From Bugula neritina (Eukaryota > Animalia > Bryozoa): a stretch of 64,000 nucleotides of DNA. The position numbers and the translations under genes were made by a program. The stretch's first letter is position 1; every line of letters begins with the position of its first letter. The stretch lies in NCBI GenBank assembly GCA_964035545.1, contig OZ037765.1, positions 31,619,504 through 31,683,503 of the forward strand, given 5' to 3'. This document shows, piece after piece, positions 1 through 15,100 of the stretch. Below the pieces are notes generated by a model. The model worked only from the letters and a program-made list of their open reading frames with translations. It was not told the origin of the DNA and made no database searches.

Positions 1-126
1 TTCCCATCAGTGTTTTTACTTTTAATTTATAGTAAGTAAATTCTAATGACGTTTAACTGTTGACTGTTAGCCTGTCTGCCAGTCTCTTATTATTCCCTAC
101 TATTCTTATAATTTATTTGATGACAG

Positions 127-3100
127 AAATGGGTCGGAGGAGCTCTCTGATGACATCCTGTTGTGTAAAATCAAGTACAGCCTGGCAGCATCCGACCTGG
201 CCAGCATCATATCAGTCTTGTCTTATCTGCTCGGTACGCTCTACTAGTTATATTCTGTCATAGTAGTTGTTATCTCATATTATATGATGTGAGTGTGGAG
301 GCCTTCATGTTTGATTACTATGTTTTACGTTACAATTGATGACAAAAATAGTACAATTTTTTACTAATATTTTGACCATCACCATTTCTGAAATATATAA
401 TGAATAGCAATATGCATCTTCAGAGTTGAAATTATTATATATACAAACACACATGCAACGGTTTGAATGAACATAGCTTATCAATTTTAATGTACATTTT
501 AACCAGACTTCAGTAAACCCAAACTATTTTCAATATAGCAAAACATTTATCTACTTGATATACTATGCTTGGTCTGCATATTTTCGCAGTTTGCTTTAAG
601 GCAATGAAGTATTGATATTTACACGAAGTTTTGTACAAACTAATTAGTTCAAATGTGAAGACAACTCCTTATTTCTCATGTACTAATTCTAGATAACCCT
701 GAGAGGTCTATTGATACAGAGCAGCTCATTAGCTCCATGCAAACTGTGAGAACTAAATTCTGGACCAAAGGAGGTGAGATGATTTTAGCTTAGTTTTGTT
801 ACTTTTAGAGCAAATATTTATAAAATTATGTGTTTTTTCTATGCATGTTAACTTACATGCATTTCAACTTTAATTAGGAGGGCAAATAAGGGGTATTTAT
901 AGGAAAGTAACATGGAAACAAATTTTATGCTGCCTAAATTTTTGTCGAATGAAATTTTAGTCTTGTGTTTTCAATATGGTAGGAGTAGCGTGTTTAGGCT
1001 ATTTAACAATTCAATGTTTGTTTGTTTGTTTCACAAACTTGACTAAACACATGTTGCAGCTTGCAGGAGCAAGTCACATGACATTTATCAACTGCAATAT
1101 ATTGCTTTCTTTATAATCTATGCATATGTTTTTAATATGAAAGACTATTTTGTTGTATAGTAAATAAGTTCTCAATTAAAATTGCTAGACTATTTTGTGC
1201 TTTATAGGCTCAACCTCTGTCTTCTTATAATATAGCTTTTATTCATGCTTTGTAACGTGATTGTGTGCTGTGTAGAGAGATCGCTCTCTCTCAACTATGT
1301 TGATTGTGACGGAGGAGAGAAACAGGCCGAGAGTGCTGACTGTATACATCCCAGGGAAATCATAGCCTATGATTCTAGTGTCCACTCCGAAGACGGTAGG
1401 AAGGAGCCTGTATTTTTTATATTGTGTGCTATAAACTCAACTAACATTCGTTTTTGGAATTTTTAATTATTTTGTAGTCTGTCTGTACCACTACTCTATA
1501 TATTTACATTCTACTCTCTGTTACTACTCTATATATCTACATTCTACTCTATGTTACTACTATATATATCTACATTCTACTCTATGTTACTACTCTATAT
1601 ATCCACATTCTACTCTATGTTACTACTCTATATATCTACATTCTACTCTATGTTACTACAAAGCTATTGAAATTACTGCAGCTATTGTTAATATGTTCTC
1701 ATTCCTGCAGCGTACACAGCCAAGAAAGGCAAGACTAAGTTCTCCTTAATACTGGAGGCTGCGGAAAGTATACAGATAACCCGTCTGACCGTACGTCCAG
1801 CAAAAGGAGACAAAGGCGTTCGATGTGGGCTACTATTCCTCTTGCCTCTATCAGAAGTTGTCTCCTCTAAAAGGTAGAAAACTGTCTATAGTTGTGGGTT
1901 TCTTTATACGTGGCATTTTAAACATAATATATAACATCATTTTATGTTATTATTTGATGTATATATGCTTTTCTTTGTGCTAGCAAAAGTTTATTTATTA
2001 GTTGCTTGTCATTATTTGGTAAATATTGATTTTTTTTAGTTTTACAAAAATGTAGGTTTAATTGCCAAGGAACTTTTGAATTGTGTAATAGTTATGTTAG
2101 TTGTAAAACACGCAGAGGTGTGTTTTGTAGCGAGGAGAAGTCTCCGCCCACTCTGCTGAAGAGCAAATCCTCTCTGAGTGCAGAAGACCAGAAAGCTCTG
2201 TACAAAAGGCTGGAGAAGTATGACGACTGGACAAAGGCTGACTATGAGGCCCACAAGAAGGAAGAAGATGGAAAATCTGGGAAAGCTGACGGACTTCTCT
2301 GCTTTTTCTCTGTTCCGGAAGATCCTAATGACTGGTTAGAAGTTATTATTAGACTACTAGTGTAGGAGCAAAGGCTAGACTAGAATTTTCTAGACATTGA
2401 CTGGCAAAACACTTTCTCAAATATTACAATTTAAAATGTAAGGATTTAAGATATAGAGTTGAGCAGCAAAAGTTCAAAGTTCATAGTTTTGAGAGATAGT
2501 TTTGATGACTTCTATTTGATGCTCTGTTCCTCTTGCAGCAGTTTACATTTTACATTTTTACATCAGCTTGTGTTTTGCATCTCACTATTCTCATATCTCA
2601 CTTTGAAGGGATGAGATAGATCTGCCTATTGGTGAACAGGTCAGAGGTCATGTTGTAGTGGTGAAGTTCCTTCGGCCTCGTTCTGACCAGAGCGAGAAGA
2701 TTGGGGTGATAGGATTGAATTTGTTTGGTTACACGAGAACCTCCGACTACTTCCTAGATGTAAGTAATATTCTTGCAGGAAATGTAGCAGACAAAGTGAA
2801 ATGTTTTTATTTATTATTTGCAATGTTTGTGTTGTGTTTACGTTTTGTTTTAGATTGATTTCCCAGCGGAGAATTGCACACTCAAAGCTTCAGAATTGTG
2901 TCACACCATCCTTTCCTTTCTCATAGTCATTATTAAGAGTCTGGTGAGTTATGCTCTATAACCATCTTATGATCCTTCTATAACCTTCTTATGACCCTTC
3001 TATAACCTTCTTATGACCCTTCTATAATCTTCTTATGACCCTTCTATAATCTTCTTATGACCCTTCTATAATCTTCTTATGATCCTTCTATAATCTTCTT

Positions 3101-6100
3101 ATGATCCTTCTATAATCTTCTTATGAACCTTCTATAATCTTCTATAACTTTCTTAGAAACTTTCTATAACCTTTTTATATGCGGTTTTCTTGTCGAGGTA
3201 GTGTTTGCACAGCATACTTATCTTGGTGATGCTGTCCTTGCAGGAGAATCGGCACTCATCAGAAGCTAAACTGCCATTGGTCGATTTCTCTAGACTGTCT
3301 GTATCACTTATCACTGAGTTCTTCCAGAAGATTCAAAGGTAAGATTGTTGTGCTTATGATTTGAGTTAAATATTCAAGTGTATGTTTGTTACATAGTAGA
3401 AAGTGTATAGATAACACACTATGAGTGTAAGTATATTGTATATGAAAAGTATTAGTATATGACACATAAGAAGTGTAAGTATAGCATAAACTAAAAACAT
3501 TGTTATGTAGCTACAAAGACATGGTTCTAATGAGGAAGGTGTTGAGGGTGTGTCACTGCATCTTCCTCAACTGGACTCCGGGGAAGGACGAGAAAGATTC
3601 CGGGCTACTCTTTGAGACATTTAGCTCCATAATAAACTGCCCCGAGGAGCTGGACCAATCAGTTCTGTCTGTGGCCAGGAGTGTTATAGTTGATGGTGGG
3701 TGTTGATGAGTACTCTGTGTGGAGTGTAGAGTACTCTGTGTGGAGTATAGAGTACTCTGTGTGGAGTATAGAGTACTCTGTGTGGAGTATAGAGTACTCT
3801 TTATGGAGTATAGAATACTCTGTGTGAAGTATAGAGTATAGAATACATGTATAAGCTGATGTGGTGTTTTGATGCTCTGGTATAAGTTCTGAAGCTGATT
3901 GGTGTTTGTTGGTCCATGTATTCTGCTCCCCTTACTGTGTGTTATGTGCTGCAGGTGCTAAGGCTTTCTTTCCTAATGATGAGATGAGAAAGGATCAACT
4001 GTTGCGCATGTTGAAGGGCATTAATGTGAGTTGATGGTATTCTCGTATTATTTAATTGTTACGGAGTCTAATTGTAGCCTTTCCAAGCATTTACATTTAA
4101 CTTTATTATTTTACTGTTATATTAGTTTTTTTAATACAATTTTGCCAAGTTGCAGCTTAGTTATATTGAAACAGTTGAACTATTAACTCAATTTAGTGTC
4201 GCAGTTGATGTTTGAGTGTGTTTTTGTATGCAGAAAGCTGACGAACTGCCCAGCACTGGTCTTGTGTTTGAATCTCTCTGCCAGTTCTTCAGTGACGTGG
4301 AACCATCGGCATTGCTCAATCTACCCACTCCTGGGGAGTGCATTAAATCAGCAGAAACTCTGCAGGTAAGTCTTTCAGATTGTTATCCTTTTCTTTATTA
4401 CTTCATTATTTATTCTTCTTTACTTTTATAATAAGTAACTGCACATATTTTCTTCAGAATATATTAATATATACTGTAAGTTTCATGTTTGTAGGGGGTA
4501 ACTGAAAGCTGCTTTGAGATCATTGATACATTGATATGCGTGACCTTGCACAAAGCGCTAGCTTCAACCTCTAAATCTAGCCAATCAGGCAAAAGTTTAG
4601 AAACACTTTCTATGCTCTCATCTGGAGTTGCCCACCCGGTTTTGGTAAAACTTCTCTCTTGTCTGCAAACGGGCTTCTTGGTTTGGATAAACTCTGCTAG
4701 ATCAACTGGCAATGAAGAGCTGAAGAAGAAGTGTGAACAACTCTTGTTAGCTTGTAAGTTAGACCTTATTTCTACATCTCTTGCTATTTATGATAACCGG
4801 GAGTTGTCCTTACTTGACTCAATTTTGTTAAGTTTGTGTTGAGGAAAATCAGTAGTTGGTAATCCATGTTTTTGGTTTTGAAGAATCTTTGCCAGATTTA
4901 AAGTTATGGGGATATTTCTGTTTGGACATCTGGATTTTATATTGCTTTAAAGGCTCAATTGTTTCTGTTGTTGTGATCTAGCGACTAGTGTAAGATACTC
5001 TCTGGTTAATGAAGCATTTCCTTTCTCGGTCTATATATTTACAATACTCTGTGTCATATTGTAGACCTGAAGATGGCTGTAGGCCATTGCATTACTTTTA
5101 CGGACTTTTTCCTAGAGCTGCCCGATACTCAAAACTCCACCTTGTTCAACATGGAGGATGACCTCGTCTTCTCTACTCTCAAACAAATGGTAAGTTTGTC
5201 TTTTCTTTTGGGTAACAGCTTTAAATACTGAGTAGCAAATATCCAGCGCGTATTAACTTGGCGAAAAATTTAACGCTGGCCAATTATTTTAGTTTTGACT
5301 CACTACCTGAACAGGACAGAGCAGAGATAGGTAAAAAATTAATTGAGTTTTGCAGAGGGGTGTGGTTGCTGAAGTATCTTTGAAATTTCAATTCAATTAG
5401 TCAGCATTTAAATGTGCTGCCACACAGCACACCTGTTTGAGGTTGTCATAGTCTCAGTTGTGTCATACAGATCTTGTATCTCACAGGTGGTGTACCTCTC
5501 GGAGTACTGTAGGAGTGGTGCTTCGGCCGAACACAACATGGACATCCTGGAGGTGCTCTGGCCGTTTGTACAGAAGATGAAGACTCTGCATTTGAAGCTT
5601 CCGGATCATTTCCCTCTGGTAGGTTGCGTGTCTGAAGTGTGCTAACGTAGTCCAGGTTATGAAACACAGACTTCTTAATAATAATATAATATTATATTTT
5701 AATATAATAATGTAAGATAATAATATAATATAATGTAATAATATAGTATAATATAATATAATGAAGTAATACAATCATACAATATAATATAATAATACAA
5801 TGTAATAGAATAATACAATGTAACGATATAATGATACATCAATTTGATATAATGTAGCCCAAGTTATAAGACACAGACTTTTTAGATCACATTTTACATA
5901 CTACTTTTCCCTACCTGCTAGGCTAAGAACTCAAAAACACTAAAGTGATACCAACTCATATAGTAATATGGAATCACATCATATTTTATCTGTAATTTTA
6001 TTACAAGTTGGGTCATGGAACTCATATTATAACATAATACTGAATGGGCTTAAGTTTGTACACCATAACCTGATTTCTTACAACATAGGTTGAGCTCGTA

Positions 6101-9100
6101 CACCTTAGCTTGAGTTCTTATGTATTCAATTTGTTTGCCCCTCATATACTTGTTGGCTTCAATTTTACTTTGTACCTTACAGCTGGAGAGTGACCACTGG
6201 TCTAATGTGAGTACAGATATAGAAGTTATCAACACCTGGACGGAGGAGTCACCCCACAACTACGCTAACAATCAAAATATCACAAAGACATTCAACAGTC
6301 CCGGTGCCAAGTACTTTGTCATCGAGTTTGACTCTCGTTGTCACACGGAGAGGAAGTACGACTACCTCGAGTTCTCCAACACCACCGGTACCACTCATAA
6401 GTTTGATCAGAAGGTTGGCTCGGACTCGTGGCCTCTCAGACTTGAGATTAAGGGCAATAAGCTGAAGTTTCTCTTTCACTCGGATCAAAGCAACAACGAG
6501 TGGGGATACAAGTTTACTGTGAGTGTAGTGTGTGTACTATATGATAGTTGTAGGATAAACGTGGGTGTTTGGAGATGTGTTTCAGTGAGAAATATTGCAG
6601 TGCATGTTTTTCTTGTTTAATTTCAATTAAAACTTTGATATGACGAAGTGGGTTCTAAATTTCAAGTGGTAATGTGTATTTAAAAGATTTGGAAAAGCTA
6701 TTAATTTTATTCAAGTATGAGTTTATTTAAGTTAACTCTAAGATACTGGGAATATATACTGCGACTGATCTATATAGAGTGAAGTGTATATTGCAGGTGA
6801 CAGCAAAAGGTATTCCTGACACACCTGTAGGCCAGCTGTTTGACTTTCACCTTTCTTTGTCCTTGCTGCTGGGAGACGTGTGTGGGCGGACACTTGGAAT
6901 GCCTATGAAAGTGGAGAGCACGCCCTCGCTAGATGTACAGGCTGACAATGAGGCTGTAATGCTGAAAAGCACCCTCTGGAAGACGTTGTTTAGAGCTGGA
7001 TACCAGCCAACAGATAGGCTGGAGAGATCATTGTCTGGCAGATTTGTGAGTGTAGAGGTCTTGTGCATAACATAGGCCGTTTTTGAATAATATTTCAACG
7101 CTCATCATAAGCAGGTCTTGGCTTAGCTTAGTTTTGACATTAAGTCAAAATGATCAATTTGCTTAAAGAATCCTAGACATTTATGCAGCATTAAATTATT
7201 TAAATATATCTTGGCTATCAGCTAAATACAACTTCAGGGTAGTATGCTCAAGCATATTGGTTCTATAATATATTTTGTACATACATGTTTTGAATTGATT
7301 ACGAATTACGGCTTAGTTACATGGTTAGTTAGTTAGTTAGTTATTATATGTAGTTGATAGCCAAGATATATGTGAATACTTTGACACTGCATAAATGTGT
7401 AGGAGATTCCTTAAAAAATAATTGCTAAAACATTTATTCTGGACAAGTGAAATCCAATTTAATTAAAAATAATTGAAATCATTATGCATTTTAGTTTTGG
7501 AGACCTAATTTCATGCTCATCACCATGACTCATAACTCATGATAATCACCATGACTCATGACTCATTATCTGTAGCTGTTATCCACACAACTAGTAAATT
7601 TGCTTGGCACTTTGTAGATGCATGGTTGTTATGATAAAGTAAAGGGATACTTGCTGGAGTTACTCAATGATCACACAGCTGAACCTTACAAATCTCTTCT
7701 AGCGCAGTGTGTATCTTTCCTCCTTCTTACAAGTTTGAACTAACTTCTGAGTATAATGTTATTCTTGAATTATGTCAGTTGATAATTACATTTTTTATCA
7801 GAAGTATTTTCTGGTTACAGTTTTTCAGTTGACATTGATTGCATATTGTGTTGTAGTTTACAATCAAGGTGTAAACACTACCAAAAGGTTGGTATCCCTG
7901 AAATCACGTCAGCGATCCTCCACACATTTGCTGCCTTTGTCTACCACACCAATGATGTGTGTGAAAGTCTAGCTGAATACAGTGAGTACTGTTTTCTTCC
8001 TTCTGCATTGTTAGTGTTTCTAGTATCATAAGAACTTGTCTAATCGGTTTGAACGCAATTTGCTAATTATAGACTGTGTATTTTTTATTGTTTTCTATCA
8101 ACTCAATGATTTATCTTACATGAGTTAATGATGGCTAATCATGTTAAATGCTAAAGTTTCTTATTATTTATTTTACAGTAAACAACGAGCAAACTGAAAG
8201 CCTTGTCGATGGCATATACCAGGCTTACAACCTTGCCGAGCAGATGAGGCTTCCCTTGGTGAGTCATCTTGACTGTGTATAGTGATTGTGACTAGGTATA
8301 GTTATTGTAGCTATACTATATAGTTTACTGTGAATATATATAGTGATTGTGACTGTGTGTAATTATTGTGACTATGTATAGTTATTGTGACTATGTATAG
8401 TTATTGTGACTGTGTATAGTTATTGTGACTATGATGATATGAAAGCTTGTAGTCTATCAAAACCGAATTTATTTATATAGCTAGTAGAAATTTGATGTGC
8501 AGTAACTGCAGTGTTTCACTCAAAGAAAGCATGCAGGCTGTAATTGTATAGGGTAGTATAATACAAAATGTTGATTGACTGTAGGACTGTGTTGTAATAT
8601 TTTAGATCTCTCTGAGACAGAAAGTCTTAGAGAAAGGAGAACCAAACAGTTATACTCTACGTAAGTTCACGCTCCTTTTACGCTACTTACTACAAACTTT
8701 AATAATATATAAAATCTGTGTAAAACCTCTGGAAATGATGGTTTTTATAAATTTTCAGTAGTTGGCTAGATTTGGGCAGGTTAAATAATTATTAAAAGCA
8801 TCTCCAATTGACGTGCCTGATTACAGTATCAAAGCTACTAAGACCACACCATGTGTCATGCTTCAATTGAGTAATAAAATAGTCCTGTTGTATGTTTAGT
8901 AAATTTTTCTACGTTGTTAGTTTTATAAGCACTTTCTGCTAACAGCTCAGGAAATGATAGACAAAGCGAACCTGCTGCTCAAGTTTGCTGCGTTGACTAA
9001 GGCACCCACCTTTGACCGATATCCTAAAACTATGAAACCCCGCAAGGCCTCAGCCCGTAGACCTGGAGACAGTGACCTACTAAAGAGAGTAAGTTAGTGA

Positions 9101-12100
9101 CCTACTAAAGAGGGTAAGTTAGTGACCTATTAAAGAGAGTAAGTTAGTGACCTACTAAAGAGGGTAAGTTAATGACCTACTAAAGAGGGTAAGTTAGTGA
9201 CCTACTAAAGAGGGTAAGTTAGTGACTTACTAAAGAGGGTAAGTTAGTGACCTACTAAAGAGGGTAAGTTAGTGACCTATTAAAGAGAGTAAGTTAGTGA
9301 CCTACTAAAGAGGGTAAGTTAATGACCTACTAAAGAGGGTAAGTTAATGACCTACTAAAGAGGGTAAGTTAATGACCTACTAAAGGGAGTAAGTTAGTGA
9401 CCTACTAAGATTCAGACCTAGCATGGCTGTATTGTATGATCTATTAGCTAGATCAAAGTGTCAAAAGGTAACAGCCTTCCTCTGAAACTTTCTCATAGTA
9501 ATTCCATCTGGAAATGGCGCTTGTAATCAGGTTAGGATTTTATTGTGTTGTCTCTGATAGCAAGTTGCACTGCATGCATTTTATTTCAAATATTAGTAAT
9601 CTTCAGCACATAGTTAGTAGTGAAGAAAATAGTTATACTTATGTTATACTCATGCTTACTATTGTATGATATGATTTTTATTATATAGCTGGAAGGCAGC
9701 ATACCGGAGAAATATGGACAGTTCCATCTGGTGTTGGAGTTCATAGTTGAACCGAGCTGGAACTGTCAGCTGGTAGAGAACACAATCCAGCAGCGAATAA
9801 AGAAATCTAAAGCTCTGTGTAAAACTTATCAACTCATATGCGATTATATCAAGTCTTCTCAAAATAATGATATTGTACAGGTGTGTATTCTGACACTGTA
9901 TACTTACACTGTATACTTACACTCTATACTTACACTGTCTACCTACACTGTATACTTACACTGTGTACTTACACTGTGTACTTACGCTGTGTACTTACAG
10001 TGTGTTCTTACACTCTATACTTACACTGTCTACCTACACTGTGTAAGTACACTGTATTCTTACACTGTGTACTTACACTGTACACTTAGACTGTATACTC
10101 ACTCTCTATACTCACACTGTGTACTAATACACTGTTGTAAACTGACACACTTTTATATTATTTTACAAACATATCTTTTAATTTTTACCGAATGCAAATC
10201 TTGTTTATACTTTTCATTTTTTTTGTAAACTTGTATAGAGTTGTGATGTAAATTACAAGTTTTTGAGTTAATATAATAATTAATATGACATCCTACAGAT
10301 AGACACTATATATAATATAATAATGAGTATCATGTCCTACAGATAGACACTATGCTGTTTCTAAGAGCTGTCCTTGGCTCACAAAAAGCATTTCCTGTCC
10401 ACTATGCCGATGCCGTTGATGGGTGTGGCCTCCAGCAAGAGTCTAAGCTGAGAATGCACTATTACAGTCTCGTCAGACTTCTAGTGAACGCCGTGCAATC
10501 ATTTCCTGGAGAGGTTCAGGGCAAGTAAGTTTGGTGGAGAAATGTTGAAGATTCACTGCAATGCTTACAGCTAAACATAGATGTGTGAATGTGTTTGTAT
10601 TATTCTGGTGTCGTGACATCACGTAGCAAAGCTCTGTAGCTTAACACTTTAGATAAAAGTGGGATCACCCAAAAGTTTGGTTTCTTACGTTTATTCTGTT
10701 ACTGGGTATGGCAACCTCTAACAGTTTTTTAAACTGCTAAGTAAAATATTTGTGTATTGTGTTTACCTTGCAGTTTGAAGGTGAATAAACGGTAGGTAAT
10801 AATGTTTGGTTTACATATTACAATGTAGTGTATGATGTGTAATATATATGTGACATATGTCACTATACGTCACATATTTCTGTGACTATATGTCACATCT
10901 CATATACACGTGTTGTAATATTATGCTACATTCTGTTATATTATATATTGCGCTGTATTCTGTTATTTTATATATTTCAATTACATTGTTAACTTACAGT
11001 ATGCTATGTTACATGTAACATAAGCATTATAATAATTATGTTTATAATAATTATGTTATTCTATCACTTGAACTTATTATATTATGTCATATATTGTAAT
11101 ATATTATGTTATATTATATTATATTGAACTATGTTACATCATAGTATATTATGTTATATTGTATTGTATTATACTACATTGTATTATATTATATTATTAT
11201 ACATTGTATTTTGATACATTATTTATATTGCATGCCATTTTATTATATTGTATTACATTATATTATACTGCATATAGGAATCACGCAGCTGCCTGCTCTG
11301 TTATCCACACATGCCTTTTACATCTGCTGGACATGGACTGGAGAGAGAACGACTACGTCTTTCTCAAGGAAATCAACCTGCCCAATGTACTTTTCACTGC
11401 TGCCAGAAGTTAGTATTTCATTGTCGCTGACAATTTCTTTTACTGAAGTTGTCCTCACATACTTTTAGTGAAAATTTACTATGTATTGGTAACAAAACAA
11501 AGCTGCTACTTTATTCTCATAAAATCATAAATTCGTTTAAATGCTAACAATATTTATCAAATTCTTAAAAAATCTTCTTGCACTGGACATGGATATGAAG
11601 TGTGGGTGGATTAGATTGTCGGTCTTTCTAATTGTAGACAGCGTGGCGGTGAGAGAGAGAATTGAACATCTTACGGACGAGGCGGAGGAAATGGCGAGTT
11701 ACGACAGAGACAAGAAGTATTACTCAGAGTGCTGTGACTCGTTCAGTAGCTGGTTCCATGACGGAGGATCCAGTCGTAACAAACAGGTGAGTACCTCTGA
11801 CAGGTGGTTGTTTCTATGCTAACATATTGATAACCTCTGACAGGTGGTTGTTTCTATGCTAGCGTATTGATAACCTCTGACAGGTGGTTGTTTCCATGCT
11901 AGCGTATTGATTACCTCTGACAGGTGGTTGTTTCTATGCTAGCATAATTGATGCCACCAAATTGCCCCATGTGGTTTATGTATGTTTTAACATACTGCTT
12001 GGTGTAAGTCAGTTATACACATACAAAAATAATTTCTAGTTATTATTTCCGGCTTGCTTTTAGTGATAATAGATTAAAATATAGTACTTGTATATGTGGC

Positions 12101-15100
12101 ACATGGTGCTACTGTGATAATGTGATGAAGTCACTATTGTACATAAGAGTCTGTTGCAATGGTATAGAAAGTTTACCATGAGCATGTTTATCAACAACAT
12201 GTTTACCATCAACAGGTTTACCAACAGCATGTCTGTAAAGAAGAACACTATGCCCAGAAACTTTAGTCTATTCTGTCAGAACTGAGGTGTTATAATTCAC
12301 AGGAAGTGCAGATGTTTATAGCCAGACACTGTGATCTGCTGGACGTGGAGATATTCTGTGACGGCTGCACCCAGACGCTGCCTGGTAAAAGATATCGCTG
12401 CCTGCAGTGCACTGATATGGACCTGTGTGTTACCTGCTTCACCAGCGGCGTCTGTCCTCAGGGAGATCACAAAGAGGATCATACCTTTGTCTATCTAATG
12501 TAAGTTACTTATATAACTGTATACAGACCAAGGGGAAGATAATTCTCAATAAATTCTAATCTACTTCTATGCATTCCAGGGGAGATAATTTTTAATAAAT
12601 CTCAATATAACTGTATACAACCTGGAAGATATAATTCTCATCAAACCTTAATGATATTTTTCATTTATCAAAATAATGTTGTGAGAACAATTGCAGAATG
12701 TCGTTGAATCCAGCATAATATGAGCTTTAGAAAAAATTTATGCAGCAGACGGTTGATAAGATAGATCAGCGCTACATTCTGATTTAATACAGACACAGCT
12801 GCTATAATATATTCATGTGTAATTTTGTTACATTGCGCTACTATTACTAATAATATTACTGCTGCTGCTACAGCCACTGCCACTTCTACTGCCATGTTTT
12901 AGGTACAAGTGTGACGTGTGTCAAGCCTTTATTAGCGGGGAAAGAGTTCACTGTAAGCAGTGTGAGGACTTTGACCTTTGCTATGGATGCCATAAAAATA
13001 AAAAGACTTTGGCGGGTCACAACGCTGACCATGAAGTCATCAAATTTCCACAAATCAGACGTAAGATTCTACAATATGTTTTAGCTGTTGCTGATCCAAA
13101 TATTTTGTTGATAGTGGCTGGCAACTTTGACTGTAAATAAAGTTGCAGAAAATATTGGTTATGATGAGGCTTTTATCATAAAATCTTTAAGGTTTGAAAA
13201 TAAAAAAAATATATATACTATACTTTATTATTGTTGAACAGATAATTGTTGTACTGTGGTTACTGTTGCTGCGCCACATTACTTAGCACTGAGTTGATTG
13301 ACAAATCAAATTATTGACAAAAATAATCAGATTAGGTTTGTCATTGAATCAGTTTAAATGTAATTATTTTTGTTTAGTTATTGTTATTGTTTATCATTGG
13401 AAGAGGTGTAAACATAGCATTCAGAGTCTTCTGTTGACTAGGGAATTTGTTACAAAAATTGCCATAAAAGAATATTGCTTGTTTCAATGTTTTTTCTCCT
13501 AAATTATTATCATGAAAAGTGCCATGAAATGCGAATAGTAAAACAATAAAAAACAGCGATAGCAACATCAACCTCTGTCACACTGACTTCTGTCACACTG
13601 GATGCTGTCACACTGACTTCTGTCACACCAATTTCTGAATTCTGCTCATACTAGAACAATTAAAGCAGTGACGGTATGCTTATGATCTGCTCATCTGTAA
13701 CGCTGAAGAATGCATGTTATGCTGACCTTGTTTACAGTAAAGTCAGCGAGTAACACTAGTCACATGTCCTCCTACATACACCAGCACGCCTGGCTACAGT
13801 TCACGCAGCTCACCCTGGCTCTGGCCGGTGCCGTCTTTGAGACTGACAGCTCCAAGAGCCTGGGGAGCCCTGGGGAGGAGTACGGTGAGACAGCTACACA
13901 TCTGCTGACCAGCTGCCTCTCTCTCATCACCGGCTGCCTTCAGAAAGTCTCCTTCAGCAGCAAAGGTGAAGGTCACTGTGATAGATATAATCCTCCTCAC
14001 CTAACCTATCTCCGCTCTGTCCTGTTGTGATAGATAGAATGTTATAGAATATTATATTATATTAATTATTTTTTAATTATGTTATACTAATTATGGTATA
14101 TAATATTCTACCAATTGTTATTTAATCATATTGGTTACATTATAGCTAGAGTGCCAATTAAATAGTTAAACTGTTGGTAGCTGTTACTATGCATTTACCT
14201 CTAAAGTATTTACAGCTATCTCAGCAGTGGATTATAAGGAAGAGATGTTTGTACAGAACTCACAAGAGAGGATAATGGGACTGCTGGGTTCTATACTCTC
14301 TCTAGATGAGCAGTACGACACTGAGCTCAGCACTGTTATGAACACTACAGACTTCCTGCACTTTATATTCCATGTTGGCAGGTAGCAACTCAACTTACCT
14401 GCCTTTAGCAGTACACTTGCCAGAAGAGTGGGTTAATGGTTTATTTATTATTTTTCTCATGGATAATTTTTTTTGCTTTTAAATTTTTATTCATTTGTTG
14501 AAATGGTTTCAATTAGCTCCTAAGCATAGCAACACCAACTTCTGTCACACTGGCTGCTGTAAACTGGTAATAAAAAATTATTTTTAATTTAGCAAGTTCA
14601 AGGCTTTGTTGTTAGTGAAATGAGTTTTTTACTTGCAACGGATATAAGTTTACAAATGTTTTGCCATTATCTGAATTTTGATTCTTATTTGGGGTTCAGT
14701 TGTGTGCCTGATGATCTCATGTAAATGTATAGAATATATGCTATTATTGGCTAAGTTCTATCTTGTATACTTAGTGGTTATGGTGGGTACGGACAACACA
14801 GCGCAGCACAACACCTGGCTCTAGGTCTACTCACTCAGCTCATGCAGAAATCATCAATTTCAACAAAAGTGAGTTAAATATAGAATAATTTTTCTAAATG
14901 CTATGGAATACATGTTATAATTCTTTACACTGAATTCATGTTATGATACTTACTCTTATGTTTTAATTTGGTGATGGATTTTTTAAAGTTTGAAGTTTTT
15001 AAGTTATAATAGTGAGGCTTTAAGGTGTGGTTTCCTAACTCAAAATTATTTTTCTGTTGCCTGTTGCCTCCTATACAAACTATTCTAATATCCCTTGCAT

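Noticed and set aside
5670-5850. (ataat)n tracts, also at ~11040-11270 and ~23500-23735
   Set aside because: Ordinary degenerate AT-rich microsatellites.
7707-7720. Possible U12-type donor (gtatcttt)
   Set aside because: The next exon's phase fits the ordinary donor ca|gtgtgt at 7706, and the motif deviates from GTATCCTT.
9071-9409. CRISPR-like regular repeats here and in other arrays
   Set aside because: Head-to-tail units with no unique spacers, no cas genes, eukaryotic intronic context.
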